From Azolla caroliniana (Eukaryota > Plantae > Polypodiophyta): a stretch of DNA of 64,000 nucleotides. Below, piece by piece: positions 1-11,273 of this stretch; position 1 is the stretch's first letter, and every line of letters starts with the position of its first letter. The notes beneath the pieces are model-generated. The model saw nothing but the letters and a program-made list of their open reading frames with translations. It made no database searches and was not told the origin of the DNA. Position numbers and translations under genes: made by a program. The stretch lies in NCBI GenBank assembly GCA_043228905.1, contig JBHGNT010000041.1, forward strand, positions 62,001 to 126,000. Reading direction: 5' to 3'.

Positions 1-1547
1 AACGTCACGAAGTACTGCGCTCCGACATGTGACTTCGTGTCTACTTGACAAACATCCGTATGCACCAACTCCAGTGGTGCATTACGTCTCATCGGTGGCC
101 TTGGTCGGAAGGAGGTCCGGTTCTGCTTACCGGCCAGACAATCAGTGCACTTCTCTAAGTGCACGTTCTTCACTGGAATGAGGTTGTCGTCTCCAAGCCT
201 CTTCATCCCCTTCTCACTCATGTGACATAGCCTCTTGTGCCACAGCTCACCGGTAGTGTCGGAAGCCACGTTCACTTCTTCCGGACATAACCGGGCATTC
301 ATCAGGTACAGTGTGTTTACCTTCCGGGCCCGAGCCACAATCAGGCTCCCTTTGCTGAACTTCATGACACCGTTCCGGATGCTACCCGTGTAGCCTTCAT
401 CATCCAGCCGACCGGCTGATATCAGGTTCAGACGAACTTCCGGAACGTGTCGGACATCCTTCAACAGCAACTTGCATCCGGTTGGTGTTGTCAGCCACAC
501 ATCTCCTATGCCGACAATTCGGCATGTTCCTTCATTCCCCATCCGGACACAGCCGTGATCACCGGCTGAGTAGGATGAGAAGCATTTCCGGTCCGGGGTA
601 AGGTGGAACGACGCTCCGGAGTCTACCACCCAGGTCATCTCGTCGCCGGCATGGTTTATCTCACTCTCCTCGGTGATGAGCATCAACTCCTCTTCACTTG
701 CCGCAATTGCCGTCGTTCCCTTCCGGTCCGGCCCCCTCCGGGCTTTACCGTTCCGGTTCGGGGTTTGCTTCGAATCGGTACCGTCGGTTTCCTTGTCTTT
801 ACGGAAATGCCGACAGTTCTTTTGGAAGTGTCCCGGCTTGCCGCAATAGAAGCAAGTAGGCCTCCCCCTTGACTTTGACCGTGTCCCCGACTTCTCCCGG
901 TTTTGGGGACTACGGTTTCTATGTCTTCCGCGTTCTGATTCGGTAAGGAGCGCTTTGGAGTCGGAGCTCGTATCTTTGTCTTTCCGACGAGCCTCCTCAT
1001 CTAGCAAGCTCGACTTTACTCTTGCTAGGGATAACCGTTTTCCTTCCGGCCCGGCGTTGCCCAAAGTGACAACCAACGTCTCCCAACTATCCGGGAGGGA
1101 ACCGAGCAGGAGTAGTGCTAGGACCTCATCGGCAAGAGGTACTTCCAATGACGTTGCCTGGTGAATCAGCCCTTGGAAGGCATTCATATGCTCCGCCATG
1201 CTGGAGCCATCTTGGTACCGGAGTCTTACTAGCTTCCGGAATACCGACACCTGATTGACAGCATTTTTGTTCTGGAACATTATGCCGATCTTCTCCCAGA
1301 GCTCCTGAGACTTGCTCTCTTCATTGAAGTTGTTGTACAGGCTCATGTCGATGAAGCACCGTATGTACGCCGTTGTCTTCATGTGCATCACCTCCCATAT
1401 CGCAGCGTCGATTTTGTCCGGTCTCTTGTCCCCGAACTGAACCGGCAGCCAGAGGTCTTTAACCACGAGCATGTCCCTCATCTTCGACTTCCACACTGAA
1501 TAGTTGGAGCCGGTGAGCTTGAAAATGCCACCAAACGATTCGTCCAT
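1..1547 (-). mobile_element. gag-pol: Ty1/copia (Tnt1/Tork-like, family A) gag-protease-GAG-pre-integrase-integrase start, runs off the window
   Basis: Minus-strand translation from ATG 1547: MDESFGGIFKLTGSNYSVWKSKMRDML..., zinc knuckle CFYCGKPGHFQKNC, protease WVVDSGASFH, LWHKRLCHMSEKG, LVHTDVC. Homologous to 39957-41759. No PBS or LTR upstream (deleted junction). Confidence 0.9.
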
Positions 1548-1626
1548 TTTCTGTGTCGATTTTGATTTCGCTTTTGCATGATTACTTCGCTTTTTTAAAA
1601 ATAAATAAATAAATTGTAGTGTGAGG

Positions 1627-4600
1627 TTACTTGTCCGTTGGTCCTATCGGACCCTTACCGGCCTCATTACGGTTTGCCGTTGCCTCATTCTCCCCCGTTT
1701 CCGCACCGGTTCCCAATCCGGTGTCGGTCCTTTGCTCAAATGGGTTCTTGGGCATCGGTCCTCTATATGGCTTCAATCTGAATCCGTTGACCCATTTGCC
1801 TAGCACTTCGCCGGCAAGTGTCCCTAACTGGTAGGACCCATTATACTCACGTGTCAGCCAATACAGGCCGGTCCATCTAAACCGTAGTTTACTCGGCATC
1901 TTGCCCATCCAGGTCTGAAATACTAACACCGGCTTGCCGATTTCGAACATTTTTTCATTTCCTTTCTGGTGCCGGTCGACAAATGCTTTCCGTCACCGTT
2001 GTTCCAATTCTAAGTGCAGGATGCTTGCCAGTCGTTGTTCCTCGAGTTCACACAACGCTGTTAACCGTATTGCCTCCGACTCCTTGTTCAGCTGTTCCCG
2101 TAGCTGGATCCGTAAGCTTGGTACTTGGAATTCCACCGGCATGACGGCCTCTAGTCCGAACGCTAACCGGAACAATGTTGTTCGGATGCTCGTTTTGTAT
2201 GCCGTCCAGTATGCCCAAAGCGCGCTATGTAGCTTGGTATCCCAATCCGTTCGGTTTTCGTTGACGATCTTCCGGAGGATATTCTGGAGCGTTTTGTTCG
2301 TCGACTCAGCTAACCCGTTTGCTTGCGGATAGTACGGTGTGCTTTGTTTATGGACAACGACATAGAATGTCGTTAGGCTTTCAACTACTTGGCCGAGAAA
2401 GTGCCCCCCTTGGTCGCTTATTAATTCGATTGGGCATCCGTAATGGCACCAGATGTATTCGTATAGAAATTTTGCCGTTGACGCAACGGTGTTGTCTCTT
2501 AAGGCTTTGGCCTCCACCCATTTCGTGTAGTAATTCGTCGCGACGATGACGTACCGATTACCTGTTCTCATTGCCGGTGGTTTGAACGGTCCAACAAAGT
2601 CCAGCCCCCACTTCTGGAATGGTTTGAGTGGTAGTACAGGCTGGTGTGGCATCCGAGCTTGCTCCATTGGCTGGCCCATTCGCTAGCATAGGTCACATTC
2701 TTTTGCGTACCGTACAACATCTCTTAATGTAGTTGGCCACCATAGGCCACTTTGCCATATTTTCCTGGCCGTCGCATCTCCGGCATAGTGACCTCCGACA
2801 ACTCCGCAGTGGGCTTCCCTCAGTATAAGGTCCTTTTCATCGCTGTGCACAACCCGTCTCCATATGCCGTCCACGCCCTTGTGGTAAAGTGTGTCTCGCA
2901 GTAAGCAGAAATGTCGGCTTTGCACCGCTAGGCGTTTCCTTTCGTCCTAGTTCATCTCCTCCGGAGGCAATCCTGTGCTCAGAAACTGGTGCATATTTGT
3001 GAGCCACTTGTCTTCCTGTGCCACCGTTTCATCTGCTGCCGTTTCCGTAGTGACACGAAAGAACTCCGCATCCGGAAACTCGTCCGCTACTCCATCGCCC
3101 GTCTCTTCGGACTCTAATCGGCTTAAATAATCCGCTACGGCATGCTGTATACCGGGTCGGTGGAATATTTCGAACTCGAATTCCTGTAATAGTAAGGTCC
3201 ACCCGGCCAACTTACCGGTGAGTGACGCCTTGGACACCAGGTAGAGGAGTGCCGAATGATCTACATGGAAGGAAAACTTCCTTCCCAATAAATAATGCCA
3301 AAACTTTGTCACACTGTAGATCATCCCTAGAGCTTCCCGTTCCGTGGTAGAGTAGTTCCGTTCCGCTTGGGATAGCTTTCGGTTGGCATAGTACACTGGC
3401 CGGTACCAGTTTGGCTCTGTAAGCTGCATCAGTGCGCTTCCGATTGCGATGTCGGAGGCGTCCACGAACACATGAAATTCTTTACTCCAATCCGGAGGCT
3501 GCACTACCGGTGCTTGCGACAATAGTACCTTGAGGGCCCTATACGCCCTATCCTCGGTGTCGGTCCACTGGAATGGTGTTCGATGTACCGCGGCATGCAA
3601 CGGTGTAGCCAGGTCGGCCAAGTATCGGAGCATCCGGTTGTGCCACCGGATCTGGCCTAAGAACCGGCTCAATGCCTTTGCCATTGCCGGCACCGGTGCT
3701 TCTAATATGGCTTTCACTTTGTCCGGGTCGACTGCAATGCCTTCCTTGCTCACAATATGTCCTAGTAGGGTTCCACTAGACATGCCAAATACACACTTCG
3801 CCGGATTCAAGCTTAGCCGGTACGCTCTACACTTTTCTAGACAAAGACGGAGGTGCAGCAAATGATCCTCTTCCCGACTATAGACGGCGAAATCGTCAAG
3901 GAAAACTGCATAAAAGCCGGAATATATTCACCAAAGATTTCCATGATGATTCGTTGGAATGTTGCCGGTGCCGTTTTGAGTCCGAATATCATCACCACGG
4001 CCACAAACACCCCCCATTCGGTGACGAAAGCCGTTTTCTCTTGGTCGTCGGGGTGCATCCGGATCTGATTATACCCGCTGAATCCGTCTAGAAAGCTATA
4101 GACCTCATGGCCAGCGACGACATCCAACACTCCATCTGTGAATGGAAGTGGAAACGCATCCGTTACCGTAGCCGCATTGAGTTTCCGGTAGTCCACACAA
4201 ACTCGAATTTTTCCGTTCTTCTTTGGTACGACTACGATCGGGCTCAGTCATGTCGCTTTCTTTACCAGACGGATAAAGACAACTCTTAGCAGTTTGTCAA
4301 TTTCCTCCTTGACTTTGGCGGCATAATTGGGATTCATCCGGTACCGTCTTTGTGCCACTGGTTTTGCGTCCTTGCTCAAATGAATCTGGTGCTGGTATAA
4401 CTGAGGGTCGAGCCCTCGCATGTCTTCGTATGACTAGGCAAACACGTCGCAAAATTCCGTGAGAAGTGTGATCATCGCCGTTTTGTCTTCGGACTTCATC
4501 TCCTTGGCGATGTGCACCGGTTTTGCTTCGTCCGTGGTCCCTAGGTTCACCTCTTCAAGTTGCGATGCTTTTACGCGATGTGAAACGACCATTTCCCGTT

Positions 4601-4805
4601 CCAACGCTTCCTGCGCTTGCCGTAACTCTCGGATTGCGTCCTTATCCGGTTCTGCTTCAGTCTCTTCCGGCTGCGGTAAGTATGGTGCTACTGCTTCGGC
4701 AATGTCAATTTCGAAGAGGGGTACGATCTTCGGGTTTTCCTGCAAGTACTGAGCTTCTTCTTCGTCAGCTAACCCTTCTAGCATGTTGACGCACTCTGCA
4801 TACAA
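1627..4805 (-). pseudogene. pol: Gypsy family C pol (RT-RNase H-integrase) with stops and frameshifts
   Basis: ORFs 4434-4805, 3837-4196 (DYRKLN, FLDGFSGYNQI), 2947-3861 (DASDIAIG, NYSTTERE), 2683-2925 (HHCC), 1993-2679, 1627-1950. Confidence 0.9.
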
Positions 4806-5740
4806 TGGTGTACATTCCTTGCCAGTGCTCGTCCTTGGCTGTGTTGGTACACGTACCTTGGCTTTTCCTCGCCGGAAGGTAATTATATTTTTCCTCCAAT
4901 TCTATTTGATATGTGCTGTTTTCAACCACGGCCGCCCCAGCAATAGCGGGTACGTGCCTTGTGCCTGTAATTGTAGCACTACTGCCGAGATCTGGCATTC
5001 TTGCAACGCTTGCCATGTCTCGTTCTCGGAGTGACTACCGCCGGCAAGCCCTACGGTGTTCTCCTTTTGCCGCTCTAAGTCTATTAAGTTTTGCTCGTTT
5101 GCTTCCGGATGGTCTCCTGCGTCTCCCATTCCTTGGCCATGCCCTTCGACCTTGTGGTCACCTGCTGTAGATTTGCCACTTCAGGGACTACCATATTTAC
5201 TGCCAGCCGTTTGTCATAGCTCTTCGCCAGGCATTGATTACTATAATGGCCTTCCTGTTGGCAGTAGTAGCAATAGGCTTTCCGGGTATTGCTGGATTCG
5301 GCATTGTTTGTTGTACCCGGGACAGGTCCTGTGGTAAGCGCGGGGTTTTGGGCTGGTTGGCTACTTGAAGCTCCTTGTTCCGGATCCCGTGGGTGGCCGC
5401 CTTTTTTGAAATGCCGTTTTTTGTTATAATTCTTCTTATTCCGGTACTCTTGGCGAGGTTGGTCGTTATATCTGCCGTATTCCTCCTGTTGTTGACGATA
5501 CCCGGGGGAGTGCTCCCAGTCGTAATGTTCATATCGTCTATTGTAATCCTGGTACCGATCATATCTATCGTACCGATTGTAGTTATCCCGCTGATCACCA
5601 TACCGGACATCATTCTCCCGTCGATCGCCATACTGGTCATCCTGTGCCGGTCGGTATCAGTCCATTCGCCGCCAGCGTTGTCGTGAAGGATTTGCTTCAC
5701 GATATAAAAGTAAACTTGAATATTGTATTAAGTAACATTT

Positions 5741-5798
5741 GAGAGACTTGAACCCGTAACCTCACACACCAAGGACGAAGCATATACCATTAAGATAA
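5741..5798 (-). promoter_or_regulatory. tRNA-like Pol III A-box/B-box cassette in U3, antisense to element (second copy near 8680-8737)
   Basis: Minus strand reads tatcttaatggtatatgcttcgtccttggtgtgtgaggttacgggttcaagtctctc: A-box-like ...taatgg and B-box ggttcaagtc at tRNA spacing. Confidence 0.55.
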
Positions 5799-6084
5799 GT
5801 TATTTTCTATAATTATATTTTTATCACAATACTTATGACATGTGTATCTTCATACATTAGAGCTTAGATGAGCATGATGGCTATCATGCATCACATGTAA
5901 AGCATGTGCGCCAAATGGCAATCATGCATCACATGCATCACATGCATGCCATGCACCCCCATATCATCATATGCATGAGAGAACCTATAAAGAGAGGCAA
6001 GGAATTAAGGGATGGATCAAAGGAAAATAGGGTAATGAATGAATCAAGAGAAAGTGAGAAAATAATACAATCAAGTAAAGAAGA

Positions 6085-6140
6085 CTAGCTCATTGGGTGG
6101 AGAACCTCTCGTTTCGAAGTTGAGGTCGTGGGTTCAAATC
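6085..6140 (+). promoter_or_regulatory. Second tRNA-like A/B-box cassette in the LTR, sense (second copy near 9024-9079)
   Basis: ctagctcattgg...aggtcgtgggttcaaatc: A-box tagctcattgg, B-box ggttcaaatc. Confidence 0.55.
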
Positions 6141-6530
6141 AAGGGTCGGTAGAGAATGTGTTCAGTTTGTGATCAAGGATTGTAAAGTTGGTAAAATATT
6201 GTCTTTTTAATATACATCATGTTTATATCAAATACTCTTGCTTCTTGATTCATACTTTGTCTCAATCTTAAATCATATTTTGTCTATATCTTGCTTCTTG
6301 AATCATATATTGTCTCTATCTTCTATCTATTCTCATCTCTCTCTCACACACACATTACTCATAACTCTTCTTCTTGCTACTCTTAACCTTTCTAACATCA
6401 CCATACAAGCCTTATTAAAATTTAAGTTCCTTCAACTCCCCTTAACCTTCGTCCCTGCGACTTCGCCGCACGAACCACAACTACCCCGACACATTTGGTG
6501 AACCCGACGTGAAGGCGGCGACGAGGAGAA

Positions 6531-8579
6531 ATGGAGCAGCAAATGAGGCTTATGTGTACGATGATGGAACGAGTGATGCGGGAACAAGGGATGATGGCAA
6601 GCATCGACAAAGCCGTCGACAATATTCTCGCACGAGTAGGAATCTTTGAAGGTATAAATTTAACAAGATTTCTGAAGATTTATAATGAAGAAATGCTTAA
6701 ACGTGGTGTCGACAAAGCTGCAAAAATTAATAGCTTTAGTCGAGTTGCTGCGATTGGGCTACAAGAAAGGATCCAGGAGCTACAAAGGGAACATCAGACA
6801 TGGGTGACTTTCGAAAGAGCATTGCTAAATGAATACAACCTCAACGATATGTCAAGGATGACAAGGCGAGCTTTCATGGATTGGGTAGAGTCTAATAAAC
6901 ATTTAAGTGTTTTGGAAGTATTAAAAGAGTTTTCTGAAATATTTGAGCAACTAAATGTTAGAGATAGAAATATAATAGTGCCAGATAAAGTAATATTGTT
7001 TCTATAAGCTACTAATATTAAAGACAGGAGGGACTTGGGAATGCTTTTAGAAGATCAGAATAGTCCAAGTGGACTTACCGAAGATTGGGAGGAGGTGAAA
7101 AGGGCGTGCGCCCATTTCTGCAAAAGAAAGTTATGGTTTATGGAGTTGCCCGATAGAAATGATGAAGAAACGGGGAACGAGTGGGGAGAAAAGAAAGTAG
7201 AAGAATCACTCTTACACGAATTGGTGAAAGGCATGAAAGACTTGTCGATCAAAGTGACGAAGCTAGAATCGGGACAAAGCTTGACTTCATCAAGGCAGGG
7301 AGGTGGAATGGTCCGAAGGTGTATGTGGTGTGATAGTATCGACCACCAGAAGAAAGATTGTCAAGAACATAGGGATGCTCTTAATCATGATAAAATCTAT
7401 TATCAAGATGGTAAGATTCACTTGACAGAGACTCGACAACCACTTCAACTCAACTTTGGGCAAGGTGGAATGAAAAAGCTAATGGAAGATGCCGAGAGAG
7501 AAACGACTCAAGCAATACAATCTATGGCAACCTTAGGGTTGCGTGTAGAAGACTCGTATGGTGGATCTGACTTTTGGCAAGGTGTGATGGAGTATGCAAG
7601 AAAAGGGAAGGTTCAAATGAATGAATTAAAAAGCGCGGGTGATGAAATACGGAACTTCACTGGATGGAATGATCCAGTAGACACACTATCAGCATTTGCC
7701 CAAGTGAATGTACAAGATGCACTAGTGGAAGAGAAGCGAAAGAGAGCTGAAGAGGTTGATTTGGCAAAGAAACATGAGACACAAGAAAAACTTCAGAGAA
7801 GAGAGATGGAAAAGGATGCTCCTGATGCAGAAGAAGCTAATAAAGTCAAAGGGAAGATAGACCCAACTTTTAAGCTTGCTTCAGACACAGAAGCCACGAC
7901 GGATATAAAAAATGTCATGGAAGAAGTTAGGAGAGAGTGTACAGCAACAAGTCTCCAAGATTTGGATCATGAATCCATCAATGTTGCAAGTGTAAAAAAC
8001 AGAAATGATGTTGGGTTTCATGAAGAGGATAGGAGTCACTATACAAGGGACCATTGGGCACGAGCAACAACAGAGGCACCTGCAAAAATTGGGGAGCAAA
8101 ATATTCCATGTATTGCTTTGATCGATCATGGATCTGAGATTAACATGATGTCATCGGAATTTTACGCTCAAGGACGGTGGCCAATCGATAAGAATCATGG
8201 TTCGAAGAAAAGAGTTGCAACAGAGATGATGGAGGATCTATTCGGAGCATGTCCTAATGTGAAAGCAACAATGGGAGATATGTTGGTGGATCAAAATTAC
8301 TATGTGCAAGATGGATCAACCTACCCTGTCATCCTTGGTCAACCATACATCAGCGTAGTGAGTATGGAAACAATGGATGGTGAACTGTACATCAACGTAG
8401 TAAGGATGGAAACAACTGTGATTAATGATGATTCGACTTTCGTGAGGATCAAGAGTCAAGATGGAAGGAAGAGGGGCCATATCTTAACCATGATGCCTAA
8501 CAATGAAAGAAACGAAGAATTCTTGAGGGGACATCCAGTTCAGGAACAAAATGAAGAGTTTTTCCAAGACTTTGGATGA
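6531..8579 (+). CDS. gag: Gag + retroviral-type aspartic protease, one in-frame premature stop at 7005-7007
   Basis: ORFs 6531-7007 and 7035-8579 are in the same frame. CCHC knuckle CMWCDSIDHQKKDC; protease ALIDHGSEINMM and VILGQP. Confidence 0.8.
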
Positions 8580-8617
8580 ACTTTGCACAACTAGTGTGCA
8601 AGTTCAGAGGGGGTGGG

Positions 8618-9437
8618 TGTCGTGAAGGATTTGCTTCACGATATAAAAGTAAACTTGAATATTGTCTCAAGTAACATTTGAGAGACTTGAACCCGTAACC
8701 TCACACACCAAGGACGAAGCATATACCATTAGGATAAGTTATTTTCTATAGTTATATTTTTATCACAATACTTATGACATGTGTATCTTCATACAATAGA
8801 GCTTAGATGAGCATGATGGCTATCATGCATCACATGCAAAGCATGTGCGCCAAATGGCAATCATGCATCACATGCATCACATGCATGCCATGCACCCCCA
8901 TATCATCATATGCATGAGAGAACCTATAAAGAGAGGCAAGGAATTAAGGGATGGATCAAAGGAAAACAGGGTAATGAATGAATCAAGAGAAAGTGAGAAA
9001 ATAATACAATCAAGTAAAGAAGACTAGCTCATTGGGTGGAGAACCTCTCGTTTCGAAGTTGAGGTCGTGGGTTCAAATCAAGGGTCGGTAGAGAATGTGT
9101 TCAGTTTGCGATCAAGGATTATAAAGTTGGTAAAATATTGTCTTTTTAATATACATCATGTTTATATCAAATACTCTTGCTTCTTGATTCATACTTTGTC
9201 TCAATCTTCCTTATTAAATCATATTTTGTCTCTATCTTGCTTCTTGAATCATATATTGTCTCTATCTTCTATCTATTCTCATCTCTCTCACACACACACA
9301 TTACTCGTAACTCTTCTTCTTGCTACTCTTAACCTTTCTAACATCACCATACAAGCCTTATTAAAATTTAAGTTCCTTCAACTCCCCTTAACCTTCGTCC
9401 CTGCGACTTCGCCGCACAAACCACAACTACCCCGACA
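8618..9437 (+). repeat. 3' LTR of Trp-primed element
   Basis: Direct repeat of 5679-6491, preceded by PPT. Confidence 0.93.
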
Positions 9438-10873
9438 ACGTTCCTCTTCTTCATCCCGGATGCTGCGTGGCTCTATTTGTCGGACGGGCGGTGCTTGCCG
9501 GTTCAATAGATTATACTCACACTTATCCGTCGTATGGCCCTTGGATTGACAGATTACACATTGCGTCCTCATAGTGCATTCTAGTGCCGATTGTCTAGAA
9601 TTCATGCAGGTTGTGCATTGTATTGCTTGCTGAAACCGGAGGTCTTCATCGGACGGTAACGCCCGTTGAAGTGCTCCTAGTGTGAGCCAGGAGCTTGTCT
9701 TTTCCATCTCTCTCACCCGGTCAATGACCTGGTCGATGGTACTTGCGGGAAGTCAATTACCGTGCAAACCGTGCGTAGGGGTTCCCGGAGCGCATTTAGG
9801 AATATAGTCTGTAATTCCTCCTCCGGGGGTGCGCGGGCAAGCTGACTATGCATCCGTTGAAACCGGATGACAAACTGGGGAATGCTCTCCCCTGCCTCTT
9901 GTCGGATGGTATAAAACAAGCCCACCATTACTGTCTAGTCCACCTCCTTGTGGAAAAAATGCAAGAATTTAGCTTTTAAATCAGTGAAGGTGGTGATGGT
10001 AGACGGGTCCTGCGTCCGACGCCATCTTACTGCCGGTCCCTCCAATGTGACGCCAAATTCCGCTATCTTAGAGCGTTCCTCTTCCTCCGGGGTCAATCGC
10101 TGGGACACATGGTTTGCTTCCCATGTCTGTTCAAAGGCGTGAACATGAGCTTCCGCGTCCGGATCATCTCTATACTTGGAGTATTGGAACGGCATGTTGT
10201 CGTCCGGTATCGGTGCGCGGGCTGGTGGTGTTGGTGGTCGTTCCTGGTTTTTCTCCAGCGTCGGTTGTCGTTCCTGATTTGTCTCCGGTGTCGGTGGTCT
10301 TTCCTCTTCTTTTGGTGATGGAGGCCTCTCCTCCTCGACTTCCGGTGTCGGAGGTCGCTCTTCCTTTGCTTCTGGTTCCGGAGGTTCCAGCCCTAGCACT
10401 TCCGGTTCCAGTGTCGGTAAGGTGTCCGATCCTTCGTCCTTCGGTCCGTCCGGGGTGTCGTTGCTGCTACGGTAGTTCGTGTGCACGCTGTATCCCCCTT
10501 CGGAATCCGATTCATACGCTGGAAAGGCTTCTGCTTCACCTTCTCCGCTTGCCAACGCCTGGAGAAGGGATTCGGTTTTCCGGAGGCTGCAGAGGCTGCT
10601 GCCGTCGTCCGGGTGCGATGTTTGCTGTAACCGGAGGGACTCCTCCGCTACTCTCCAGATTACATTGGAAAACGAGCGATCCGCTCTAATTTCCTGCGCC
10701 GCTTGCTGGAAAGCCTCACGTCTCCTTTGCCTTTCGGCAAGGCGTCGAGTTCGATCTATAACCAGGTCGTGCGTTGATCTAGTCATCCATTCATGCCGTC
10801 GTTCGTTGCAAAAATAGGAATCGTGGTTGCCAAAAACTGTGTTAACTCTTAGGGCCGGACAATGGCCTAACAC
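9438..10873 (-). pseudogene. gag: Gypsy family C gag, frameshifted, with Pro/Glu-rich ERPPTPE repeats
   Basis: ORFs 9935-10873, 9713-9928 (IRQEAGESIPQFVIRF, MHR-like), 9378-9716 (CVICQSKGHTTDKC). Confidence 0.75.
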
Positions 10874-10906
10874 AAGGTGTCTACGGAAGACACTTCACCA
10901 AAGGGG

Positions 10907-11273
10907 TGTTACGGCAAGAGGATTAGGCTCAACGATTAATTTGACTTAATTAGGTTACTTAGCAAGATCGTCCTTAATAATCACATGCGTAAGATATAAC
11001 AATGAATGCAGAACGACAATTAACACAGAGAGATAAAACACTAAGCTTCATTAATTATCTGCTCCACATTACATTGTATCCGGGCCTTTAAATAGGTTTC
11101 CGGTTTGTAGTACAAAATGGTGCCATCCGCACCTGTTCGGGATCGGTTTGGATCCGGAACGACATACCGATTCTGGTCCGTCCGTCCACACTAATAGCTC
11201 ACTTACAACCATTCCTTAGTAATTAAATAACTCCTTCGTTTCACACTCTGGACTCCTTTGCCGGTCGGTAACA
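10907..11273 (-). repeat. 5' LTR of gypsy family C
   Basis: Inverted termini tgttac/gtaaca. TGG-starting PBS-like tract at about 10884-10900 on the minus strand. Copia coding sequence resumes at 11274. Confidence 0.7.

Larger units (their letters stand above)
5679..6491 (+). repeat. 5' LTR of Trp-primed element
   Basis: Direct repeat of 8618-9437, followed by PBS. Confidence 0.93.
5679..9437 (+). mobile_element. Complete non-autonomous gypsy-type LTR element (gag + aspartic protease only), tRNA-Trp primed
   Basis: Near-identical LTRs 5679-6491 and 8618-9437 (TG...CA). PBS tggtgaacccgacgtga at 6496-6512 complements the 3' end of plant tRNA-Trp. PPT agagggggtggg precedes 8618. Flanks gcgt/acgt form a 4-bp TSD with 1 mismatch. 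Confidence 0.92.
1548..11273 (-). mobile_element. Non-chromoviral Ty3/gypsy (Athila/Tat-like, family C), degenerate, 3' LTR missing, interrupted at 5679-9437
   Basis: 5' LTR 10907-11273 (tgttac...gtaaca). Gag ORFs at 9438-10873, zinc knuckle CYYCQQEGHYSNQC near 5225-5270, RT 3837-4400, RNase H 2947-3861, integrase 1993-2925 (WGLDFVGP, YYPQANGLAESTNK). Gypsy RT-RH-INT order. Confidence 0.88.

Noticed and set aside
5375-5686. Hydrophobic 103-aa ORF resembling a membrane or env protein
   Set aside because: Antisense shadow of the Asp/Arg/Tyr/Asn-rich gag region of gypsy C
5906-6088. His/Met-rich 60-aa ORF present twice (also 8845-9027)
   Set aside because: It is a translation of ATGCAT repeats inside paired LTRs; the duplication follows from LTR identity
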